From: Macrostomum lignano
Taxonomy: Eukaryota
DNA length: 29,155 bases
Reading direction: 5' to 3'
Assembly: GCA_002269645.1 (NCBI GenBank)
Contig: NIVC01001298.1
Span: 320,242-349,396, forward strand
Shown piece by piece: positions 1-9,227 of the stretch (positions are counted from its first letter, which is position 1; the number at the start of each line of letters is the position of its first letter). Position numbers and translations under genes: made by a program. Under the pieces are notes generated by a model. That model was not told where the DNA came from. It did not search any database and worked only from the letters and a program-made list of their open reading frames with translations.

Positions 1-364
1 GATGGGTGTGGGGAGATGGATTTGGGGATATGGTGTGGGGAGATGGATGTGGGAAGATGGTTTGGGAGATGGGTGTGGGGAGATGGGTGTCGGAAGATGG
101 GTGTGGGAGATGAGTGTGGGGAGATGGGTTTGGGGAGATGGGTGTGGGAGATGGGTGTCGGAAGATGGGTGTGGGAGATGAGTGTGGGAGATGGGTTTGG
201 GGAGATGGGTGGGGATATGGGTTTGTGGAGATGGGTGTGGGGAGATGGATTGGGGATATGGGTGTGGGGAGATGGATGTGGGAGATGGGTTTGGGGAGAT
301 GGGTGTGGGAGATGGGTGTCGGAAGATGAGTGTGGGAGATGAGTGGGGAGATGGGTGTGGGGAG
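1..364. repeat. G-rich minisatellite, ~13-15 bp unit GGGAGATGGGTGTG, left part (intronic, ENaC-family gene)
   Basis: Direct tandem repetition; the same unit resumes at 2658 after the LTR element. Confidence 0.95.
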
Positions 365-483
365 TGTAGTAACTGAGTCAGAGGCCGTGTTTGCTGTGTA
401 GCCAAACTCTTACAAATCTCGCCGCGCTGGGCACGCGTCTATATATTTTGGAGTTAGAATTGGGGTGGCGGCACCCACCCCAC
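365..483 (-). repeat. 3' LTR, truncated to 119 bp (first 54 nt of U3 lost)
   Basis: Identity to the other LTR stops at 483, where sequence switches abruptly to RT coding sequence (KCRLARSSI). Confidence 0.9.
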
Positions 484-1041
484 CGATGCTGCTGCGCGCC
501 AGTCGGCATTTTCGAGCGTTCAGCGTGATGCCGTGCTGCGCCAGGCGGGCCAGACATGCCTCGAGGCTGCTGTTGTGCTCCGCCATCGTGCGCCGAACAC
601 GACCACGTCGTCGTGGATCCATTTGACGTTGGGCAGGCCTGCCAGCACTCGACTCATCACATTCTGCAGGATCTCCTGGGAGGTGGACAAGCCCATGCAT
701 AGCCGGGTGAGACGGCGAAGCCCGCGAGGCGTCGAGAATGTTAGCAGGTTGCGGCATTTCTCGGCGACAGGCACCTGGTAGAACGCCTTCGCGATGTCCA
801 GCTCTGAGAACACAGTGCTGCCAGCCATGTCCCCGGTCACCTCCTCGAAAGTCGGAATCTGGTGTCGCTCGCGGATGACAAAGCGGTTGACATCGCGGAG
901 GTCCTGCGTGATGCGCACCTCGCCCGGCTCCTTCTTGGGCACGACGACCATCCGCGCGACCCACGACGCCGGGCCGTCGACGGGCTCAATGATCCCGAGC
1001 TGCTCTAACAGCTGCAGTTCCTTGTCCACCGCATCTGCCAG
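484..1041 (-). pseudogene. pol: Reverse transcriptase fragment (frameshifts at ~1041 and ~591, truncated at 484)
   Basis: IIEPVDGPASWVARMVVVPKK, DLRDVNRFVIRERHQIP, FSELDIAKAFYQV, TFSTPRGL, WIHDDVVVFG, then EHNSSLEACLARL..LNARKC. Confidence 0.9.
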
Positions 1042-2452
1042 TGGATCGGCACCTTCGAAGGCGCATGGCAGACCGGGCGGGCGCTGTCGGTGAGGTGGAT
1101 GTCGGCAGGCGGCCCGGTGAAGCAGCCGATTCCGCTGAACACGCTGGCGTGCTTGCGCAGCACCCTGCCGATGTCCTCGACGTGTCCTTGAGGCACTCCG
1201 CTGGATCTCGTGCCGCTGAGAAGGCCATCGACCGCCGCCTCCGCTCCAGCGACCTGCAGCACCTGCTGTCCGGCTGTCGGTGGTGGCCCGACCCGCAGGA
1301 TGTCCATCTGAGTGGCCGTCTGCCTGCCGATGATGGTGATGCCTCTCCCTTTGACGACGTGGAACGTGGCGACTGCCTGCCGGCCGAAAATGCGGACGTC
1401 CATCGCCGCCTTGCCCAGCAACTGCATCGGCCGGTCCGACCCGTACGCGAACAGCCTGTCCGAGGTGGTCTGCAGGTGCGGCCGCTGTCTCAGACTCTCG
1501 AACGTAGCCCGGTTGATCACATTTTGAGCCGCGCCGCTGTCGATCAACACCGACAGTCTGGAGCCGTTGATCTCGGCTATTGTGTGGGCCGACTGCTCAC
1601 CCTGATCGACCTCGAACACGCCGGAGTCCGGGTCGTCCACCTTCTGGTAGCTGGTTTCGCCTTGCAGAGTTGCGACGGCGTCGGCGCCGCTCTGCGGGGC
1701 GCCCTGCTTGGACCTGCAGGCTCGCGCGAAGTGGCCCGGCTTCCCGCACTTTCTGCAGCTCTTGCCCTGCGCTGCGGTGCACGTGGGGTGCCCTGGCCTG
1801 CCGCAGCGATCGCACGATACGTGCTGCGTTGGTGTCTGCGGCATCTGTGGCTTCTGGTCTCTTCTGACTGCTGCGAGCTGCTGCGGTTCTCCTGGTCTGT
1901 CGCTCTCCATTGCGGTGGCCTGCTGCTCCGCGGCTTCTTTCGCCCTCGCCTTTTTGAGCACATCTGCCAGGGAGATGTTGTTGGTCTGCAAGAAGTCTCT
2001 CCTGAGTCTCTCAGACTCGCAGTAGGCGATGATTTTGTCAGGGATCAGTGAGTCTCTGAGGGTGCCAAACTCACACGGCTCCGCCGCCTTGCGCAGACGC
2101 TGATACCACTGGTCGATCGGCTCGCCAGGCTGCTGTCTGCAGGTCTCAAACTTGAAACGCAGGAACACAATGTTATTCTTTCCGTCCCAGAACGTCTGGA
2201 TGTTTTTCGCGAGGCTGCTGTGGTCCTCTCCAGAGGCGATTTCGTTCTCTTCGACAACAGCCTGCAGCTCCTCTCCTGCGGCGTACCGCAGCAGCTGATG
2301 CCCTCGAGTCTTGTCGGTGATTCCAGCTGCATTGATGTACGCTCGTACGTGGCGAAGCGACGAGTCCATGCAGTCCAGCGCTGTGCTGTGGAGTGGCAAT
2401 CGCTATCGATTGTAAACGGCCCAGGTGGCGCGAGTGAAATTTGCTGAGTCAT
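1041..2452 (-). pseudogene. gag: gag-protease region with a frameshift near 2340
   Basis: MTQQISLAPPGPF..RWTAWTRRFATY joins frame ..YINAAGITD. Zinc knuckles CDRCGRPGHPTC and CRKCGKPGHFARAC. Aspartic protease VLIDSGA. Confidence 0.88.
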
Positions 2453-2465
2453 GATTTTTAAAGGT

Positions 2466-2483
2466 TCAGTTCTTGCGACGCCA
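2466..2483 (-). promoter_or_regulatory. Primer-binding site (TGGCGTCGCAAGAACTGA); cognate tRNA not identified
   Basis: Starts with TGG one nt after the LTR-terminal CA, 31 nt upstream of the gag ATG at 2452. Confidence 0.7.
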
Positions 2484-2484
2484 T

Positions 2485-2657
2485 TGTAGTAACTGAGTCA
2501 GAGGCCGTGTTTGCTGTGTAGCCAAACTCTTACAAATCTCGCCGCGCTGGGCACGCGTCTATATATTTTGGAGTTAGAATTGGGGTGGCGGCACCCACCC
2601 CACTCCGCAGCCAATCAGACTGCTCGGGCGTACCATACTGTGCATACGCACACTACA
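2485..2657 (-). repeat. 5' LTR, complete, 173 bp
   Basis: TG...CA with 6-bp terminal inverted repeat. On the element strand it carries CTGATTGGCT (reverse CCAAT), GGGGTGGG and TATATA. Confidence 0.92.
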
Positions 2658-3164
2658 GGGAGATGGGTGTGAGAGATGGGTGGGGGGATGGGTGTGGGGA
2701 GATGGATGTGGGGAGATGAGAGTGGGGAAGATTGGTGTGGAGAGATACGAGGTGTGTGGAGATGGATTTGGGGATATGGGTGTGGGGAGATGGATGTGGG
2801 GAGATGGGTGTGGGAGATGGGTGTTGGAGATGGGTGTGGGGATATGGGTGTGGGGATATGGGTTTGGGGATATGGGTGTGGGGAGATGGATTTGGGGATA
2901 TGGGTGTGGGGAGATGGATGTGAGGAGATGGGTTTGGGGAGATGGGTGTGGGAGATGGGTGTCGGAAGATGGGTGTGGGAGATGGGTGTGGGAGAAGGGT
3001 GTGGGAGATGGGTGTGGGAGATGGGTGTCGGAAGATGGGTGTGGGAGATGGGTGTCGGAAGATGGGTGTGGGAGATGGGTGTCGGAAGATGGGTGTGGGA
3101 GATGGGTGTCGGAAGATGGGTGTGGGAGATGGGTGTCGGAAGATGGGTGTGGGAGATGGGTGTG
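2658..3164. repeat. G-rich minisatellite GGGAGATGGGTGTG, right part, with GGGTGTCGGAAGAT variants
   Basis: Direct tandem repetition ending ~30 nt before the acceptor at 3192-3193. Confidence 0.95.
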
Positions 3165-3193
3165 GCAGCTGAATTTCTCACCTGACTCCCCAG

Positions 3194-3988
3194 ATCGACC
3201 GCAAGCGCGCCGCCCTGCCCAACTGCCTTGACGTGCGGCAGCCGAACTTCCTGGTCAGCAGCGCCTGCTACCTCGCACTGAAGAAATTCGTGGCGCAGCG
3301 GGCGGACACCAGCGGCTGCCGCAGCCAGTGCGAGCAGCGAGCCTACTCCATCCAGGTGACCGGGACCAAGTGGCCCCTGCAGAGCAACATCCAGTCCATG
3401 GTGAAGATGATGATCAAGTCCAGGCTGGCGGAGCTGGAGGCCGAGTACGGCCGGCCGATGTACGGCCTGCGCTACATCCAGCAGGTTGACGCGCTGCTGC
3501 AGGAGGCCCCAGCTGCCAACGCCAGCTCCGGGGCGGCCGCGCTGATGAAACCCTTCAACCATTCGGTGTTCGACAGCGTCCAGATGGACATGAACTCCAC
3601 GCAGCTCAGCCTGCTGAACAAGCTCAGCAGCATCGTCACCTCGAACTTCGTGAAGCTGCAGGTGCGCGCGGACTCAAACACGGTGCAGTCAATCATCGAG
3701 ACGCACAAGTACGCTCTGAGCAACGTCATGAGCGAGATCGGAGGTCTGCTCGGCCTGTACCTGGGCTGGAGCGCCATGACCTTCGTGGAGCTGCTGCATC
3801 TGCTGCATCTCATGTGCCGCTTCGTCTCCTACAGGCTGGCCGGCCGCGCCGGCAGGGCGGCTGGCGGACCGGCGCCCGACCGAGCCGCGGAGGAGGCGCT
3901 CGAAGTGCCGAGTGTCTCCGGCTCGCTGAAGCCGGTGCGCGTGCACCCGGCGGGTGGGGACAGCGGGGAGAGCAGAATGGCCTGGTAG
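3194..3988 (+). CDS. Last coding exon of a DEG/ENaC/ASIC-family cation channel (upstream exons outside window)
   Basis: Acceptor ctccccAG|ATC. Cys-rich ectodomain (C..C..CRSQC), NFVKLQV, and TM2 signature SEIGGLLGLYLGWSAMTFVELL. Stop TAG at 3986-3988. Confidence 0.9.
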   Translation: MDRKRAALPNCLDVRQPNFLVSSACYLALKKFVAQRADTSGCRSQCEQRAYSIQVTGTKWPLQSNIQSMVKMMIKSRLAELEAEYGRPMYGLRYIQQVDALLQEAPAANASSGAAALMKPFNHSVFDSVQMDMNSTQLSLLNKLSSIVTSNFVKLQVRADSNTVQSIIETHKYALSNVMSEIGGLLGLYLGWSAMTFVELLHLLHLMCRFVSYRLAGRAGRAAGGPAPDRAAEEALEVPSVSGSLKPVRVHPAGGDSGESRMAW

Positions 3989-3992
3989 GTGG

Positions 3993-4813
3993 GAGATCCG
4001 GGATCGGAAAGAAATTCGGGATCTGACAGTCCGGGAGCGGGATTTGGGATCTGACAGTCTGGGAGCGGGATTTGGGATCTGAGTCTAGAAGCGGGATTTG
4101 TGATCTGACAGCATAGGATCTGGAATTGGAATCTGACAGTCTGGGAGCGGCATCCGGGATCTGAGAGTCTGGGAGCGGGATCCACGATCTGACAGTCTGG
4201 GAGCGGGATCCAGGATCTGACAGTCTGGGAGCGGGATCCAGGATCTGACAGTCTGGGAGCGGGATCCGGGATCTGAGAGTCTGGGAGCGGGATCCAGGAT
4301 CTGACAGTCTGGGAGCGGGATCCAGGATCTGACAGTCTGGGAGCGGGATCCAGAATCTGACAGTCTGGGAGCGGGATCCGGGATCTGAGAGTCTGGGAGC
4401 GGGATCCGGGATCTGACAGTCTGGGAGCGGGATCCAGGATCTGACAGTCTGGGAGCGGGATCCAGGATCTGACAGTCTGGGAGCGGGATCCAGGATCTGA
4501 CAGTCTGGGAGCGGGATCCAGGATCTGACAGTCTGGGAGCGGGATCCAGGATCTGACAGTCTGGGAGCGGGATCCAGGATCTGACAGTCTGGGAGCGGGA
4601 TCCAGGATCTGACAGTCTGGGAGCGGGATCCAGAATCTGACAGTCTGGGAGCGGGATCCGGGATCTGACAGTCTGGGAGCGGGATCCAGGATCTGATATT
4701 CTGGGAGCGGGATCCAGGATCTGACAGTCTGGGAGCGGGATCCAGAATCTGACAGTCTGGGAGCGGGATCCGGGATCTGAGAGTCTGGGAGCGGGATCCG
4801 GGATCTGACAGTC
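3993..4813. repeat. 28-bp minisatellite GGGAGCGGGATCCAGGATCTGACAGTCT, ~29 copies
   Basis: Period 28 (e.g. 4201 vs 4229); begins just after the channel stop codon. Confidence 0.95.
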
Positions 4814-5196
4814 GGACAGGATTGCCACCACACTGCACAATACAATTCAAAGAAACAACGCTTACAAACTCCCAATGCCCAGAATAGAATGTATTATTCA
4901 GTTGCAATGCCTGACACTCGCACACGATATTTCCAGATTTACATGTACCACTACTGTAACTACATGTAGTAGCACAAAAGTATTGCTAAAATCTTGCACC
5001 CGTAAAGCACGCACACATGTTCGCTGGCACACCCTGATATTGCGATGGCTGGAAAGCGATTACTTGGCAATCGTGACCTTATCGACTCAATAAGATTAAT
5101 AATAATTTTCTGCACTGAAGATCCTGCATTAAGCAGAGTATTTTTTGACTTCTAAATTTCGATCTCTGTGGACTCCTGCACAGTCAGCAGCAATAT

Positions 5197-5202
5197 TTAT
5201 TT
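5197..5202 (-). terminator. Candidate AATAAA poly(A) signal for SMAD4
   Basis: TTTATT on + in an AT-rich tract ~640 nt downstream of the SMAD4 stop. Confidence 0.35.
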
Positions 5203-5556
5203 TTAGATAGAACAGGACACAGACGGTTAAATATAGCATTTTATGCATAAATAATATGTACTAATTATATTTACTAATATACGAGTCAGCAAACTACACC
5301 AACAGGCGGACAAAAATTGCACACAGAGCATCTCCTGAGAACGGCTAAGAAATGAGAAAAATCTTGTCGATAAAAGCGGCATAGATGACAGTTGACTGAC
5401 TGCAGACAGGCTGTACAAGTTGTGTTGCTAAAAATTGCTACCACATATGACAAGCAACTACTGACTGAGTAGTACAGCTGGCGTTTATATACACAAAAAC
5501 AACTGTACAATAAGGAGAGAATGAAGACGTAATACTCGCTTGATGCAAGCTTCAGC

Positions 5557-5840
5557 CCTGACAATGCGAGAGTCAGCTGACCCACCAGCCTGACAATGTG
5601 AGAGTCAGCTGACCCACCAGCCTGACAATGCGAGAGTCAGCTGACCCACCAGCCTGACAATGCGAGAGTCAGCTGACCCACCAGCCTGACAATGTGAGAG
5701 TCAGCTGACCCACCAGCCTGACAATGTGAGAGTCAGCTGACCCACCAGCCTGACAATGCGAGAGTCAGCTGACCCACCAGCCTGACAATGTGAGAGTCAG
5801 CTAACCCACCAGCCTGACAATGTGAGAGTCAGCTGACCCA
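5557..5840. repeat. 32-bp minisatellite CCTGACAATG(C/T)GAGAGTCAGCTGACCCACCAG, ~9 copies
   Basis: Direct repetition abutting the SMAD4 stop codon. Confidence 0.95.
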
Positions 5841-6161
5841 TCAGGAGTCGCTGACGGGCAGACTCTGCAGCAGGTCATCCAGCAGCTTGAGCGGCAGGTG
5901 CAGCTGCACTTCAATCCAGCAGGGCGCCTCCCGGATAGTCTTGCGCGGGTAGTCGGGCCCCCAGCCCTTCACGAAGCTCAGACGCAGCTGGCACAGCCGC
6001 CGGCGAAGCTCGTCAACAGCGGCGCCCTGGAGACGCGGCCCGGCCGGCAGCGAAGTGAAGGACGAAGATGTGCTGGTTGCCGCGGCGGTGGCCAGGGAGG
6101 CGCGATGGGCCTGGAGAGCCTGGGTGCGCATCTCCGAGTAGCACTGGCGGATGTCGAAAAC
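5841..6161 (-). CDS. SMAD4: SMAD4 last exon (VFDIRQC..LPVSDS*)
   Basis: ccccgtcAG|GTT acceptor; TGA at 5841-5843; 321 nt. Confidence 0.93.
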   Translation of the reverse strand, partial: VFDIRQCYSEMRTQALQAHRASLATAAATSTSSSFTSLPAGPRLQGAAVDELRRRLCQLRLSFVKGWGPDYPRKTIREAPCWIEVQLHLPLKLLDDLLQSLPVSDS

Positions 6162-8808
6162 CTGACGGGGTGTCGGGACCACAGGTGGGCGTGCGTAAAC
6201 TGCGCGTTCGAGCATCAACTTGCTGAATAAATTTTTAGGCACTACTAATAGTAGAAGAGCCGTATACATGCACAAAAACCACACAGTACACATGCACTAA
6301 TATCACACGGTACAGATGCACCAATACCACACAGTACACATGCACGAAAACCACACAGTACACATGCACCAATACCACACAGTACACATGCACGAAAACC
6401 ACACAGTACACATGCACCAATACCACACAGTACACATGCACGAAAACCACACAGTACACATGCACCAATACCACACAGTACACATGCACGAAAACCACAC
6501 AGTACACATGCACCAATACCACACAGTACACATGCACGAAAACCACACAGTACACATGCACCAATACCACACAGTACAGATGCACGAAAACCACACAGTG
6601 CACATGCACTAATACAATGCAGTACAGATGCACCAAAACCTCACAGTACAGATGCACCAAAACCACACAGTACACATGCACCAATACCATACAGTGCACA
6701 TGCACTAATACAATGCAGTACAGATGTACCAAAACCACACAGTACACATGCACCAATACCACACAATACACATGCACCAAAACCACACAGTACAGATGCA
6801 CAAATACCACACAGTACACATGCACCAAAACCACACAGTACAGATGCACAAATACCACACAGTACAGATGCACCAATACCATACAGTGCACATGCACCAA
6901 TACCATACAGTGCACATGCACTAATACAATGCAGTACACCTGCACCAAAACCACACAGTCCAATGCACTAAATAACTTAATACGAGTAAATGTACTTATT
7001 CAGTTCGCAACTCTTATTTATTGGTCAACCAGCGCCAACCTTAATGTAAGTCCCAGGATAAATCTTGTGCACCAGATCGCCAGACGCCCGCCCGGCCTCC
7101 CGGTCCAGGAAGGCGGTGCTGACGAACACGGCGTGGTCGGAGAGGACCGCAGCCAGACGTCTCCGTCGCCAACCAGGCTCAGTTGGACGCCTTTGCCGAT
7201 GTGCAGCCGGGCGCGCTCGGCCACGTCGCTGCGGTGCACGTTGCTGAGCTGGCCGAGGCAGAACCGGTGGCTGGAGGACGGGTCCGTGTAGCCGTCAATG
7301 GTGACCGTGGCCTGCTGGTAGGGCGCCTTGAATGTGTCGCCGATCTGAAGGGCGTGATTCGCCGACAATTTGAGAACGTTCGATGAAATCTGCGTGCTAT
7401 GTAAAGATGGGGATTTCCCATGGGGTGTGTGTACACAGGAGGGTGGGGATTTCCCATGGGGTGTGTGTACACAAAAGGGGATTTCCCATGGGGTGTGTAC
7501 ACAAGAGGGAGGGATTTACCATGGGGTGTGTGTACACAGGGGAGGGGATTTCCCATGGGGTGTGTGTACACAAGGGGAGGGGATTTCCCATGGTGTGTGT
7601 ACACAAGGGGAGGGGATTTCCCATGGTGTGTGTACACAAGGGAGGGGATTTCCCATGGTGTGTGTGTACACAAGGGGAGGGGATTTCCCATGGTGTGTGT
7701 ACACAAGGGAGGGGATTTCCCATGGTGTGTGTACACAAGGGAGGGGATTTCCCATGGGGTGTGTACACAAGGGAGGGGATTTCCCATGGGGTGTGTACAC
7801 AAGAGGGAGGGATTTACCATGGGGTGTGTACACAAGAGGGAGGATTTACCATGGTGTGTGTACACAAGGGGAGGGGATTTCCCATGGGGTGTGTACACAA
7901 GGGGAGGGGATTTCCCATGGTGTGTGTACACAAGGGAGGGGATTTCCCATGGGGTGTGTACACAAGGGGAGGGGATTTCCCATCGGGTGTGTGTACACAA
8001 GGGGAGGGGATTTCCCATGGGGTGTGTACACAAGGGGAGGGGATTTCCCATGGGGTGTGTACACAAGAGGGAGGGATTTACCATGGGGTGTGTGTACACA
8101 GGGGAGGGGATTTTCCATCGGGTGTGTGTACACAGGGGGGTGGGGATTCCCATGGGGTGTGAATACAAGGGGGAGGGGATTTCCCATGGTGTGTGTACAC
8201 AAGAGGGAGGTATTTCCCATGGGGTGTGTACACAAGAGGGAGGTATTTCCCATAGGGTGTGTACACAAGGGGAGGGGATTTCCCATGGGGTGTGTACACA
8301 AGAGGGAGGGTAGTTCCGAAATGTTGAGGGCTTTCTACTTTCAGATCTATTCCCAATTTAAAGTAAACAATGGTCATACCCGCTCCGTCTGCTCATAGTA
8401 GGAGATGCTGCACCAGAACAGCAGCTGCTGCTGCGGTATCGGCGGCAGCGCCGTCTGCTTCGCCACCGCGGCTGCCCCGGCCGACTGTTGCTGCGGCATC
8501 AACAGCGGCGGCAGCGGCGGTGAAATTCCCTCGATGCCGCCGTGATCGTCCGTGGGCCCGGAGTCCTCGTCCAGGCTGAGCGACGACAGCTCCAGGCCGG
8601 TGCAGGCGATGCGCTCGTAGTGGTGCGGGTTCACGCAGACCGCGTCCTGCTTCAGGTCGAAGGCGAACTGGCACTGGCGGGTGTGCCGCAGCTCGTTCTT
8701 GTGCAGGTCCGGCCAGCGCCAGATGCGCGCGTACACCACGTGAGGAAAGCCTTTGCGGCCAGCCACCTGGGGGAGAGGGGTGGCGATTGAGGGATGGACA
8801 GACAGTCG

Positions 8809-8840
<32 letters not shown>

Positions 8841-9227
8841 GGCAGACAGACAGACAGACAGACAACAGACAGACAGACAGACAGGCAGACAGACAGACAG
8901 ACAGACCTGCAGCCGGCCGTCTAGAGTCCTGGGGATGGTGACGCAGATGCCGGGCTGGGCGCCGTTGCTGGTCACCGCCAGGATCAGCGCGTCCAGCTCG
9001 TCGCGCTTGTCCTTGAGCTTCTTCACCAGCGACTCGACCGCCTTCCGACTGAAGCTCTCGGAATCCGGGCCGCCCTGCCGGTGGCACATCAGCGAGTGCA
9101 CGATGGACAGGCAGGCATCCGATGACGTCACCGGCGACGCGACGCCAACGGCGGAGACTGGAGAGGTCGCGGCGCTGGCAGCTGGGGCCAGGGACAGCAG
9201 TGGCTGCTGCTGCTGCTGACTGGGAAT
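5841..9227 (-). CDS. SMAD4: SMAD4/Medea (co-SMAD); exons 8907-9227, 8380-8766, 7040-7344 (1 nt short), 5841-6161; ~445 aa; start codon not located
   Basis: MH1 [25 protein letters not shown]|[20 protein letters not shown]; MH2 [31 protein letters not shown]; no C-terminal SSXS. All introns GT-AG, phase 0. Confidence 0.95.
6275..6958. repeat. 24-bp minisatellite CACACAGTACACATGCAC(CAATAC/GAAAAC), partly alternating as a 48-bp dimer
   Basis: Fills the SMAD4 intron 6162-7039. Confidence 0.95.
7040..7344 (-). CDS. SMAD4: SMAD4 MH2 exon ([16 protein letters not shown]) with an apparent -1 frameshift at 7145/7146
   Basis: ttcAG|ATC and AAG|GTTGGC; 305 nt. Restoring one G gives [13 protein letters not shown] as in SMAD4 orthologues. 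Confidence 0.9.
7406..8310. repeat. ~32-35 bp minisatellite GGGGATTTCCCATGGGGTGTGTACACAAGGGA
   Basis: Fills the SMAD4 intron 7345-8379. Confidence 0.95.
8380..8766 (-). CDS. SMAD4: SMAD4 exon: MH1 second half, short linker, start of MH2
   Basis: ctctcccccAG|GTG to CGG|GTATGA; 387 nt. Confidence 0.92.
8797..8906. repeat. (GACA)n microsatellite filling most of the 140-bp SMAD4 intron
   Basis: ~27 tetramers; the intron donor GTCTGT is itself the first repeat unit. Confidence 0.95.
8907..9227 (-). CDS. SMAD4: SMAD4 first identifiable coding exon; 5' boundary inferred
   Basis: Conserved MH1 from 9131 down; frame open up to a TGA at 9264-9266; pyrimidine-rich acceptor cccgccttcccctcaactgcAG| at 9228-9229. 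Confidence 0.75.

Larger units (their letters stand above)
365..2657 (-). mobile_element. Ty3/Gypsy (Mag-like) LTR retrotransposon, internally deleted (no RNase H, integrase or PPT)
   Basis: TGTAGT...ACTACA termini. 365-483 is identical to 2485-2603. 5-bp TSD GGGAG at 360-364 and 2658-2662. PBS-like TGGCG follows the 5' LTR. Order gag (CCHC), protease (DSG), RT. Clade assignment from short LTR, two knuckles and 5-bp TSD is inference. Confidence 0.93.

Noticed and set aside
16-376. Trp/Gly-rich ORFs here and at 2615-3231
   Set aside because: Translations of the GGGAGATGGGTGTG minisatellite, open in several frames
1030-1050. Programmed ribosomal frameshift between the two retroelement ORFs
   Set aside because: The shift falls inside pol after the protease, has no slippery heptamer, and is fixed by one C (CAC CTG GCA GAT)
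3810-4925. Long PDCQILDPAPRLS-repeat ORFs
   Set aside because: Open in all three minus frames because the 28-bp unit lacks stops; antisense to the channel 3' end
5841-5860. R-SMAD identity via a C-terminal SSXS
   Set aside because: The protein ends LPVSDS, and MH1 plus the L3 loop ([12 protein letters not shown]) are SMAD4-type
6235-8398. His/Cys/Val-rich repeat ORFs resembling metal-binding proteins
   Set aside because: They lie wholly within SMAD4 introns defined by conserved exon junctions and are open on both strands
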